Origin: Lama glama
Taxonomy: Eukaryota
DNA length: 64,000 nt
NCBI GenBank assembly: GCA_028534125.1
Contig: CM052817.1
Span: 63,614,001 to 63,678,000 of the forward strand
Reading direction: 5' to 3'
The notes under the pieces are model-generated. The model ran no database searches. It saw only the letters and a program-made list of their open reading frames with translations, and was not told the DNA's origin. Of this stretch, positions 1 through 11,311 are shown piece after piece (positions within the stretch are counted from its first letter, which is position 1; each line of letters opens with the position of its first letter). The translations under genes and the position numbers were made by a program.

Positions 1-1285
1 ATGGCAGAGTAGAAGGAGGCTTGTAAGTCACCCTCTCCCACAAATACACCAAGACCCACATCTACAGACCCACTCAGCCAACCAGAGCACCTGCGGAACT
101 CCGACGGAACATCGCCCTCTTCAAAAGATAAAGACGCCAAAAATCTGAGAACTTGCTCCACAAAGACAAACAAGCAGCTGGGTCTTGGCTCGGAGCAGGG
201 ACGAGGCTGCCCCCGGGTCTTCCCCGAGCCCACCCGCGGAGCGCGACCAGGGCGGAGCGCGCAGCCGCACAGAGCAGCGGAGCTACCGGCTGCACAGGCA
301 GGGGGAGAGCGGCCCCCCGCCTGTCGGGCATGAACACAGCCCCTGACCGAGGTGCTGGGAGGGGGCACGACCCGCCCNNNNNNNNNNNNNNNNNNNNNNN
401 NNNNNNNNNNNNNNNNNNNNNNNNNNNNNNNNNNNNNNNNNNNNNNNNNNNNNNNNNNNNNNNNNNNNNNNNNNNNNNNNNNNNNNNNNNNNNNNNNNNN
501 NNNNNNNNNNNNNNNNNNNNNNNNNNNNNNNNNNNNNNNNNNNNNNNNNNNNNNNNNNNNNNNNNNNNNNNNNNNNNNNNNNNNNNNNNNNNNNNNNNNN
601 NNNNNNNNNNNNNNNNNNNNNNNNNNNNNNNNNNNNNNNNNNNNNNNNNNNNNNNNNNNNNNNNNNNNNNNNNNNNNNNNNNNNNNNNNNNNNNNNNNNN
701 NNNNNNNNNNNNNNNNNNNNNNNNNNNNNNNNNNNNNNNNNNNNNNNNNNNNNNNNNNNNNNNNNNNNNNNNNNNNNNNNNNNNNNNNNNNNNNNNNNNN
801 NNNNNNNNNNNNNNNNNNNNNNNNNNNNNNNNNNNNNNNNNNNNNNNNNNNNNNNNNNNNNNNNNNNNNNNNNNNNNCTCCTAGAGAATGTCATTCTAAG
901 TGAAGTAAGCCAGAAAGAGAAAGAAAAATACCATATGAGATCACTCATATGTGGAATCTAAAAAACAAAAACAAAAACAAACAAAAACAAAGCGTAAATA
1001 CAGGACAGAAATAGACTCACAGACGGAGAATATAGACTTGTGGTTGCCAGGGGGGTGGAGGGTGGGAAGGGATAGACTGGGATTTCAAAACTGTAGAATA
1101 GATAAACAAGATTACACTGTATAGCACAGGGAAATATACACAAAATGTTATGATAAATCACAGAGAAAAAAATGTGACAATGAGTGTGTATATGTCCATG
1201 AATGACTGAAAAATTGTGCTGAACACTGGAATTTGACAGAACACTGTAAAATGATTATGAATCAATAAAAAATGTAAAAAAAAAA
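1..1285 (+). mobile_element. Young L1 (LINE-1): CpG-rich 5' UTR (1-377), assembly gap, then ORF2 end, 3' UTR and poly(A) (878-1285)
   Basis: 5' part is GC/CpG-rich and begins with an L1-type ATGGCAGAGTAGAAGG leader. 3' part has the L1 end motif ATTCTAAGTGAAGTAAGCCAGAAAGAGAAAG, AATAAA and an A tail, and is near-identical to the L1 tail at 10697-10899. Confidence 0.85.
378..877. other. Assembly gap (exactly 500 N)
   Basis: Run of N; the round number suggests a placeholder length. Confidence 0.99.
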
Positions 1286-2902
1286 GAATATAAGTTGGGG
1301 ACTTCAACATCATACTTATACCAATAGACAGGTTATCTAGACAGAAAATCAATAAGAAACACTGGCATTAAAAAATGCATTAAATGAGGTGAACTGAAAA
1401 AACATACATAGAACATTGCATCCAACAGCAGCAGACAACATATTCTTTTCAAGTGCACCTGGAACATTCTCCAGGATAGATTACATGTTAGGCCACAGAG
1501 CAACACTCAATAAATTTAAAAATTACTCTTCAACAAAGGAGGAAAGAATACACAATGGTGAAAAGACAGTTTCTTCAGCAAGTGATGTTGGAAAAGCTGG
1601 ATAGCTGCATGTAAATAAATAAACTTAGAACACTCCCTCACACTGTGCACAAGAATAAACTCAGAATGGCTTAAAGACTTAAATATAAAACATGACACCA
1701 TAAAACTCCTGGAAGAGAACATAGGCAAAACATTTTCTGACATAAATCGCAGCAAGCTTTTCTTAGGTCAGTCTCCTAAGGCAAAAGAAATAAAAGCAAA
1801 AATAAACAAAGGGGACCTAATCAAACTTATAAGCCTTTGTACAGCAAAGGAAACCATAAACAAAACGAAAAGACAACCTATGGGATAGGAGAAGATATTT
1901 GCAAATGATGCAAATGACAAGGTCTTAATTTCCAAAATATACATATAGCTCATATAGCTACATATGAGAAAAACAAACCACCCAATCAAAAAATGGGCAG
2001 AAGACCTAACAGACAGTTCTCCAAAGAAGACATACCAATAGGCACATAGAAAGATGCTCAACATCACTAATTATCAGAGAAATGAAAATTAAAACTACAG
2101 TGAGGTATTCACATAAGTCAGAATGGCCATCATCAAAATGTCTACACACAATAAATGCTGGAAAGAGAGTGAAGAAAAGGGAACCCTCCTACACTGTTGG
2201 TAGGAATATAACTTGTTGCAGCCACAATGGAGAACAGCATGCAGTTCCTTAAAAAACTAAAAATAGACTTACTTTATTATCCAGCAATCCCATTCCTGGG
2301 CACATATCTGGAAAAAATGAAAACTCTAATTTAAAAAGACACATCCACCCCAGTGTTCACAGAAGCACTATTTATAATAGCCAAGACATGGAAGCAACCT
2401 GAGTGACCATCAACAGATAAATGGATAAAGATGTAGTATCTATGTATACAATGGAATACTACTCAGCCATAAAAAGAATGAAATAATGCCATTTGCAGCA
2501 ACACAGATGGACCTAGAGATTATCATAGGAAGTGAAGTCAAAGACAGACAAGTATCATATATCACTTATATTTGGGATCTAAAAAAAATGAAATAGATGA
2601 ATTTACTTACACACAGAAACAGACCTATGAACATAGAAAACAAATTGATAGTTACCAAAGGGGAAAGGTGAGGAGAGGAATAAATTAGGAGCTTGGGATT
2701 AACAAATACACTCTACTATGTATAAAACAGATAAACAGCAAAGTCGTACTGTATAGCACAGGAAGCTATATTCAGTATCTTGTAATAACCTATAATGGAA
2801 AAGTATTTGAAAAAGAATATAATATATATATAAGTGAATAACTCTGCTGTACACTAGAAACTAACACAACATTGTAAATCAACTATGCTTCGGTCAAAAA
2901 AA
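1286..2902 (+). mobile_element. Older L1: ORF2 endonuclease fragment joined to ORF2 C-terminus and 3' UTR
   Basis: GGGGACTTCAAC (GDFN) and FFSSAPGTFSRIDYMLGH are endonuclease motifs. From about 1525 the sequence is ORF2 C-terminal, followed by a 3' UTR ending in an A tract at about 2896-2902. Confidence 0.9.
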
Positions 2903-3018
2903 GTCAAGCCTCAGCCTGGGGCGAAAAATACTTGAAAAAACATATTGTTGAGAATTATAGGCAGAATGAAAAAAAAAAAAAACCTACAGCTCAATGATAG
3001 GAGCCAAAAAACAATTAA

Positions 3019-3572
3019 AGACAAAGATCTCTTCTTGACCAAACTCTGTCCAGGCTCTCTGAGCCCTTTCTCTACTAGGCCTCAACCTTGGCCAATAAAG
3101 ACTTGAACAAAACTGTAACATGCTTTCTAACAGCTCAAGGCCATATCCCTAAAGTGACCCTAGCCTCACTTAAAGTGCCTGCCTGAGAAAACTGCCAAAA
3201 TTTTGCTCTTTTGAGTGCGAGGCTGCCAAAAGAATTTTCTGTTAGTTTCAGTCAACACCTGCAGATGGAGTCCCTGTCTTCCAGTCTCTGTGGGAGGGTA
3301 GAAGCCTAGCTTCCCCAAGTTCTGGTTAACAAGCCAATGGGTTCTCATGGACCAGCACCCTTCTGATTTTTCAAATTTTCACTTCCCTGACGAGACTGAG
3401 CCCCTGCTCACCTCCCTCCCATTTCCCTCCTTTTCCGTTTAAAACACCTAATTACCCCTGTACAAACTGAGGTTGAGTTCAGTTCACGCTGGATTCTTTT
3501 CCCCATTGTAATAGTATATTACTGATTAAAATCTGTCCTTTAACTAGTGTCTAGGTTTGTTTATCTTTGACA
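3019..3572 (+). mobile_element. ERV1 solo LTR, MER67-like
   Basis: Starts (A)GACAAAGATCTCTTCTTGACCAAACT, ends TTTATCTTTGACA, has ATTAAA near the 3' end; L1 sequence resumes on both sides. Confidence 0.75.
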
Positions 3573-4230
3573 GTAGGCAAAATATTTGAATGGGAGGCAT
3601 TTTACAGAAGATTATAGGCAACAAAGAAGCATACGGAAAGGTGCTCAATAATATTAGTCTTAAGGGAAATGCAAATTAAATTACACACCAAATACAATAG
3701 CTCAAAGTTTAAAAAACAACATCAAATCTTGATGATGATAAACACCGGTTGGTACCCTCATATGTCTCTAGTGGCATGTATGATTTTTCAGCTACCGTGG
3801 AAAATTCTTCAGCAGTCTTTTGTGAAATTAAACGTACACTCCAATCTCACTCCTACTATTTACCCAAGAGAAATGAAAACATACGTTCATATAATGACTT
3901 GTACTCAAATGTTCATAACTGCTTCAGTCATAATAGTAATAAACTGGAAGCAACTCTAATTCCTTGTCAATTGTTGAATAAACAAAATATTGTATAGCTT
4001 TATAATGAAACACAACTGAACAATAAAAAACTGCTAACTCATTGAACAACACAGATGGATCCAAAAACTATTATACCAAGTGGTATATATAAACGAAAGA
4101 CCACATACAGTAGTATGATTCCAGTTACATGAATTTCCAGAAAATAGAAAAACTACAGTCTTAGGAAGCAGAAAAGTGGCCCTGTTCAGGCAAGGGGTCA
4201 CTGAAAGAAAACTTATTGTAAAGAAGTAAT

Positions 4231-4561
4231 GAAGTGGTGTAGGGGAGTGGATGAAATGGGTGAAGGGAATAGAAAGATACAAATTTTCAGTTATAAAATA
4301 CAGGTCATGGGAATGCAATGTGCAGGATGGCAACTGTAGTTAGTAATACTGCATTGCATATTTGAACATTGCTAAGGGAGCAGATCTTAAAAGTTCTCAT
4401 CACAAGAAAAATTCTGTGACTATGCATGGTGACGGATGTTAACTAGGCTTATTGTGGTAGTCATTTTACAATATATACAAACACTGAACCATGATGTATA
4501 CCTGAAACTAATATAACATGTGATACTTCAATTATAACTCAATACAAATAAGTAAATAAAT
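4231..4561 (+). mobile_element. L1MA9-like 3' end nested in older L1
   Basis: GATCTTAAAAGTTCTCATCACAAG...TACCTGAAACTAATATAA motifs, A-rich tail, and approximate flanking repeat AGT(A/G)ATG. Confidence 0.7.
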
Positions 4562-4751
4562 AGTGATGGAAATGTTCTATTATGTGATTTAATAGTGGCT
4601 ATACAACTATCTGATTTCATTGAATTGAACCTCTAAATTTAAATTTTTTATATAAATCATACCTCAATAAACTTGATTAACAAATAAATTAATAATTTCA
4701 TGATATTTCTGTCTATTGAAGGAATAAAAACTGCTATTAGGGAAAATAATA

Positions 4752-4937
4752 TGTACTTTATTGATTCTTAGACACCCTTTTTTTCACATTTTAACATCTC
4801 TAAAACTAAAATGCACCTTACAATGGATGGTTTCTTACCGTGAGAATGGGTAAAACATTTTTTTCTTCTCTTGGCACTACATAAAATAATGAGTCTTCTT
4901 ACCTTTGATGGCATGCTAGATTCAATGAAATATGGTA
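4752..4937. mobile_element. MER104-like (Tc2/mariner superfamily) non-autonomous DNA transposon
   Basis: Degenerate terminal inverted repeats (TGTACTTTATTGATTCTTAGA / TAGATTCAATGAAATATGGTA) and internal TTTTCACATTTTAACATCTCT. Confidence 0.65.
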
Positions 4938-5534
4938 ATATATATTTAGTATAAAAAGTTGAGTTAAGCTAATTCTGCTATGTCATGTTTATACTATGTG
5001 TGTTTCAGGGAATTGAATACCCTGAGGTATATTTGAAACTGTACTATGCCATTAATGGTACATAAAAATACTAATCTTGTAAATGTTTTTAACTATTTAG
5101 ATAAAAAGTTACCCATAAGCAAAGTATACTGATTAATAGGAAACTTAATTATTTATCAGTGTATATAATTATATACAAATATAAAATATCATAAGAAGTA
5201 ATTTGCATTTTAATTATGTATTTCAAAATGAGAGACAATGTAGAGTATAATGTATAATATAATAGAAACCTATGTTTACCATCCACAATGATCAAAAACA
5301 AAAAACAAAAAAACACAATTCCTTCCCTACTCCCTTTACTTTTCTTTCCAGAAAAACAACTATAACCCTCTTAACACCTATATTCTTACACTTGGTATAA
5401 GTTATGAGTCTTAAAATAATAGAATACTACCTAACAGTCAAAATAAATGAACTAAATCCACATGTATCAATAGAGATCAATCTTGAGACCTTAAATTAGG
5501 AGAAAAATCAAGAAATGAATGTATAATAACAATA

Positions 5535-5765
5535 TCAAAGTACTTTAGGCTTTTTCTATGTGCTTACGCACTGTTCTAAGGACTTTACATATGTTAACTC
5601 ATTATATGTAACTCATCATATATAACTCAACACATATATTAACTCCAAGACGAGCCCAGTTTACATATGAGCAAAGTGAGGCATAGAAAATGTAAGTATT
5701 TCACTGAAGATCAAACAGCAATTTATTCAGTCTACCCTCAGAATCTGAGCTCTTACCCACTCTAT
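5535..5765 (-). mobile_element. MIR SINE
   Basis: Core motif TTTACATATGAGCAAAGTGAGGCATAGAAA and MIR-like flanks. Confidence 0.6.
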
Positions 5766-6719
5766 TACGTGTAAATATAGTTTTCATATAAACTGCTATA
5801 ATAAACAGACACAACATAAATTGTATCCTATTCAGCTAAGAGTGAAGAACAAATGTTTCGGGTCAGCCTGGTGGATGAAGCGAGGGGAGTGGGTAGGTAT
5901 TCAGGACCCCAGACTTATGGCCAATCAGCCATCCTCAAAAATTGGCTTCCAGGATAACTCTGACAATCACAATTAAACAGACAGAAAGAGCACAGAGGAC
6001 AACAAAATGCTTAAGAGCCGGGCCTGGAAGTGGCAGACACCACTTCCATCCACATTCCAATGACTAGAGTTGTCATTTGGCCAAAGTACCCATATAAAAG
6101 CTCCTTTCAAGAGCTCAGATTTATGACCTTTCAGTTTTCTCTTTTCTAATGGTAACTACCCCATTTCCTGAACACTAGTCATTGGCAAAAAGCATACAAA
6201 TAAATGCACTAAAAGGCAAGTACCTATCTAACTAAATCCGATTTAGAGAATAGAGAATTTAGTTTACAGAACCTCAGTTGACTTAGCAAATGCATTTTGG
6301 ATTCTGTTTCTGATTCACTAACTTAAGATTTTTTGGATTTTATTTTTCCTAATTGTGACAGTTGAAATTACAGTCTTTGTTAACTCATTCTAAATCTATA
6401 ATGGGATGTTAACCTCACTTGGGCTGAGCCCTAAATCCACTATTTCAGGTTTTGGCAGAAAATGATCTTTCACAAATCACTCTAAACTTACTTTTTAGTT
6501 AGTATATGCTTCCTACAGAAAGTCCTTCATATATGCAACCCTGGGCTTTTGTCCCCAACCCCACACACTCCTGCCTGTGAGAAATAAAATTGTTTTCAGC
6601 TTTTTCATGTCTCTCTGTAAAAACTGAACATTCTTAAGTAAGTTCTTAAATAAATTCCCAGCTTCTTATTTCAGCCTCCAACAGCATCAGAGAGCCTACT
6701 TCCAGTAACTCATTTCTTA

Positions 6720-7270
6720 TATTATCAAACATTTATTTAATAAAATCTCCACAGCAAAGGTTTTGTGCTTGTGTCAGAGTTACAAAGGCGTAGAAGACAT
6801 AGCAAATTGCACAGAAGAGGGTCTCTGAACAGAAACTAGAGATGTAAAAGAACAGCCTCTCAGAGGACATAAAGCTTCAACTGAATCTTTGAAAGATAAG
6901 CAGGTATGAACAAATGGAGAAGGGGCAGGAGGATACTTAACATGAAGGGAAAAGTATACGCAAAGGCGGAGAGACTTCAGATGGCATGATACCCTGAGGA
7001 AATAAAGATTTTAACTCATGGCTAAACAGTGCTGCAAGCATGAGAAAGCAGGTTAGACAGGTAGGCAAAGGAAAGCTTACGAAGGTCTGCATATGATGTG
7101 AAAAGACGTGTGAAAAATGTATTCTCAAAGCATTGAAGACCTAATGGATGATTTGAGAAGGGAAGTGACAATCAGATTTGCAGAGAACTCTTGGATGTCA
7201 CTGATGAAGATGGCAGGGAATGATATTGGAAGCAAACAATTAGAAATTAAGAGGATAGGGAAGGAAATAA
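6720..7270 (-). mobile_element. L2 LINE 3' fragment
   Basis: TCAAACATTTATT start followed by purine-rich degenerate L2-like sequence. Confidence 0.5.
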
Positions 7271-7339
7271 TGAGGGGTAAATGGGTAACACTGGTACAAC
7301 TTCTCTATCAAATGTAAGGAATACTTTTCTGATGTTTAG

Positions 7340-7645
7340 TGTTGATGGTTGTTTTTATGTATCAACATGACTGGGTCAAGGATGTCCAGATATTTGGTTA
7401 AATATCTTTCTGGGCTTTATGTAAGAGGCTGTTTCTGGATGGGCTTAACATTTGAACCTGTAGACTGAGTAAAGCAGATTACCCTCCCCAGTGTGAGTGG
7501 GCCTCATCCAATCAGTTAAAGACCTCAATAGAACAAAAAGTTGAGTAATAGAGACTTCACTCTCTCTGTTTAACCGTCTTTGAACTGAGACATCAGTCTT
7601 CTCCTGCCTTCCTATTCAGACTGGAACATACATCACTGGCCCTTA
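7340..7645 (+). mobile_element. MLT2-like (ERVL) LTR fragment
   Basis: TGTTGATGGTT..TTTATGTATCAAC..GACTGGG start, GACTGAGTAAAGCAGATTACCCTCCCCA and GGGCCTCATCCAATCAGTT motifs. Confidence 0.75.
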
Positions 7646-9216
7646 GCTTTCTACTTTTATTACCCTAAACATGAAAATATTTTCATAGAACCTACTTAAA
7701 TGCTCAGAAAGGAAAGTGTTTTCAACCAGAATATATTGTAAAAAAAAAAAAAAAAGCAAAAATTATTTTGCAATTTTTCAGTTGATTTTAACAATTACAA
7801 GTTCTTGCCTACATCAATATAGAGTTTTAACAGTTGAACAGAATGTCTTCTGTATTACTAGACAGACAAAATAGAACTGCCTCAGGGAAAAAAATTATTA
7901 AACACGTCCCTCAAGACACATGCTGGACTCAGAATTACGCAGCATGCCTCTAGTCTCAAAAGAGTGTGATTTGCTTTTCAGTCAAATGTTTCCCGCTGCT
8001 AGAAAAAAAAAATGTAAGCTTTGTTTCATGAAGAAGCTTTAACCAAAGAATTACTGCACTGCCATGGTTACCCAGTGAAATACACTGCATAATCTAGAAG
8101 GTGGCAAGAAAACATTAGGTTTGGAAATGAAATGATCTTTCTGTTGGAAAGTCATACACATGCCCTCCATGCTTGCGTAGACATCTGTACAGTTTAATGC
8201 ATTCTCTTAGAAACATCCTGACTCTGAAGGAAGTTCCCGCAGAGCAGTATGTGCTTCCCAGCGGTGTGTGAATCATTTCTCTTATCTAATAATCTCTTAC
8301 AAATATACCTGTGTTGTCTTTGACTGTCCCTAAAGGTGAGAATCACCATGGAGCATTCATTTTGTCTGCCAAATATTTCTTTAGAAGTTGTTTGTTTTTC
8401 TGCTGTTACACTTTAGCTGGAAGTTCACGACTCCATGAGAGAAAAGAATGCAACATTTATATTAAAATGCTAAGAAAAATAAATATCTCCTGTGTAACTC
8501 CATATTTTTTTAAAAAAGCAGGAATTCCTGTCACTGTTTTACATAGAACAAAAGAAGCATTAGTTAAGGTGAGTTATACCAGAAAAATAGCATTATTTAA
8601 AATAAAAATGATTAAGTAATTTTGAAGTATTACTCATTTCCATTACTTCCTCCAAGTATTAAGGATAATCCAAACAGAAAATAACACATGCAGGTAGCAT
8701 ATACAATTCTCACAACTTGCCAATTCAACCTAAAAACAGATAGAAATTAATTATACAGAGCTTTTGATACCACGTCCTTTACTACATGTCCAGTGACAAT
8801 CACTTCACTGTAGTATCTAGCATAACATACTTAATAAATGCCATTAGCATTATTTATCAGATTACATAAACAAAATATGTAACATTGATATAAATGCCCC
8901 AGTTAAGTTCTAATATAACAGGAAAAAAGGCAATACTTTTCTGTCCTATCGTATGTTTTCCCAATCATCCTTCACATCTTGAGGAATCATTTACCAAAAG
9001 AAATCAATCATCTCACTAATAGTGAAAGATATACTTCTTTTACTTTAAACAAACATATATTTCTGTTAATTTCTTTGTTAGCTAATTAAATTACTTTGAA
9101 TTATGTTACACTCATTGCTTGGAAATGATAATTAAAAGATTATTATGGTGAGTTAATACTTTTAAAAAATTTCAGCAACATTAACAGTAATCCCCCAAGT
9201 GTCCACGGCACCTTAC

Positions 9217-9261
9217 TTTGTCTCCTTTTTGCAACAGTCTTAGAGTTGGTGTATGCTATAT
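9217..9261 (-). other. Candidate 45-nt exon
   Basis: Acceptor cacttccctgacAG, donor AAA/GTAAGG; open in phase 1-1 (IAYTNSKTVAKRRQ). Confidence 0.3.
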
Positions 9262-9918
9262 CTGTCAGGGAAGTGCATGTCGTTTCAAAATATTGATAAG
9301 GAAAACACAAATTAGCAAGCTATCACTATGAATTTTTCCATTCTTAGCACATTCATGTGCATGTTTTCCTGATTCCTATATTTTTCATTATTTCTATGCT
9401 TTCTGTTACGTATTCCAAGTCTCCTGTTGCCTCAACGTAATTGATTGATGCTGAGGCTTAACAAATTCTAACGGTTAACAGCCTGGGAACCAGTTCTCCT
9501 GACCATGTGCAGGAAGAAGCAGTTACACACAGCACTTATTAAGCCAGCCCTGGAGAGAAATCAGAATCCCACAGACCTCTACTCTTTCCTGAAAATAAAG
9601 GTATGTAATTAGGGCATATGTTTGTTAAATCAAGGAATTTTAAGAAAGAAATACTCAATTTAGTCTTTGTGGGTCCTCCATGCGCTAGGCACTCTCAAAC
9701 AATGACTAAGTTTTCATTTCTGAAGCTGCCCACCTTTAAACAGTAGACTTTTAAAGTTGTAGAGAACATTTTCATGAGGAGTAATGTTCCTTAAGTGGGA
9801 GGAGTATTTTTGAAATAATATTATGTGTCATTTTCATGCAAGGTATTAAAAGAGTTTTAATAAAAAGTCCATTTGCTTCCATTTTTATATTATGAAGTTT
9901 AAGATTAAGGAACATCTT

Positions 9919-10100
9919 GGGGAGGGTGTAGCTCAAGTGGTAGAGCACATGCTTAGCATGCACAAGGTCCTGGTTCAATCCCCAGTATGGCCTCCAAAAA
10001 TAAATAAATAAACCTAATTACCTCCCCCTCAAAAAAATCTAAAATAAGTAAAATCACCAAGAAAACGTAAAGAAAAAAAATACTTCAATTAAAAAAAAAG
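9919..10100 (+). mobile_element. tRNA-derived SINE (camelid vic-1-like)
   Basis: GGGGAGGGTGTAGCTCAAGTGGTAGAGC (A box), GGTTCAATCCC (B box), A-rich tail, and target-site duplication core GATTAAGGAA at 9903 and 10103. Confidence 0.85.
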
Positions 10101-10696
10101 ATGATTAAGGAAAGTCTCATGAAGCTCTGCTTTTGCATTTGAGAAAACTTTTTTGCTCTTGGTGATAAGTAATACTTGCTGAAAGTTGCTGTTATTTAAT
10201 TATAAAGACTTTTATAAATCACAAAACAAGTGCTTTCATGTATAAAACAAAAGTATATAATCATACAGTTTAGAAAAATGTTAGCTAGAAATTCTCACAG
10301 TAAAATCTACAGCTGGAAAAATAAAAAAGCAGCCTAAATAAAAATATAAGGGTCTTGAAACTTGCAACAAGTAACTGCACACTTTAGCTAAAATAAGAAA
10401 CAAAGAAACAAAAACATGCCAATAGCACAGACTGCTGATTTATTTTTAAATATTGCTTCATGTTTAAAAATAAAATAAAACAAGTAGACTTCCTGCAAAG
10501 ATAGAGGATTAACACAGTACTGAAAACATCTTACTCCTTTGGTATTTAACAAAATGAAGAAAAATAGTAAAAATAACAAAAAAATTCACCAGCAAGACCA
10601 AAGCTATGAGAGGGATACAAAAAGATGCCCAACCTAAAAAAAAAGTAGTAGCCAACAAAAATAACACAGATGATCTCAGTTTAAAAAAAAAAAAGA

Positions 10697-10914
10697 GGGA
10701 TTTCAAAATTGTAGAATAGATAAACAAGATTACACTGTATAGCACAGGGAAATACACACAAAATGTTATGATAAATCAGAGAAAAAAATGTGACAATGAG
10801 TGTGTATATGTCCATGAATGACTGAAAAATTGTGCTGAACACTGGAATTTGACACAACATTATAAAATGATTATAAATCAATAAAAAATGTTAAAAAAAT
10901 ACTACAGAGAACTG
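10697..10914 (+). mobile_element. 5'-truncated young L1 tail with a short non-L1 3' extension
   Basis: Near-identical to 1079-1285; inserted at TT/AAAA with A(12)GA repeated on both sides. Confidence 0.9.
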
Positions 10915-11311
10915 AAAAAAAAAAAAAAGAAAGTATTTTTTTGCCCTGTCTTGCCCCCAAAATGCAATACTTAGGAAACTATGAGTCTAGAAAATCCTGC
11001 AAATTCTCATTTATACTTTCTAATTTTTAGCAAAGCTGACTGGAGTGTCCCAAAGCCCTGGGACAATCAGGATAAGTACAAATAACTTCTGTGATGCAGG
11101 AAAACACCTGCAGAGAGAGAAAGTATCACCAGGAATTTCCAAATTTCACGATACTACACTGAGTTAAGTAAGAGATCTAAAACTATGGGAGTTCCACACC
11201 TTTACCCGGGATGAGTGCACCCCAACATGGCAATTAAACAGTAAGAAAAAGAACCCAGATTCCATAGCATGGATTGCACTTAGCTGCAGATGAGACCTAG
11301 CCCTTCCACAG

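Larger units (their letters stand above)
2903..4680 (+). mobile_element. Ancient L1M (L1MC/ME-like) ORF2 end and 3' UTR, interrupted by an LTR and a younger L1 tail
   Basis: Degenerate ORF2 end (IYPREMKTYVH..TCTQMFITA..IVINWKQ in ORF 3669-3959) and 3' UTR ending ATACCTCAATAAA. Confidence 0.75.

Noticed and set aside
153..948. Long ORFs of 183-243 aa in the track
   Set aside because: Artefacts of translating through the 500-N gap.
1516..2067. Hydrophobic minus-strand ORFs (also 36611-37021, 37061-37255, 13508-13789)
   Set aside because: Antisense translations of A-rich L1 sequence, not membrane proteins.
9919..9990. Possible tRNA gene (also 55405-55479)
   Set aside because: A and B boxes are present, but the A-rich tail, target-site duplication and second copy show it is a SINE.
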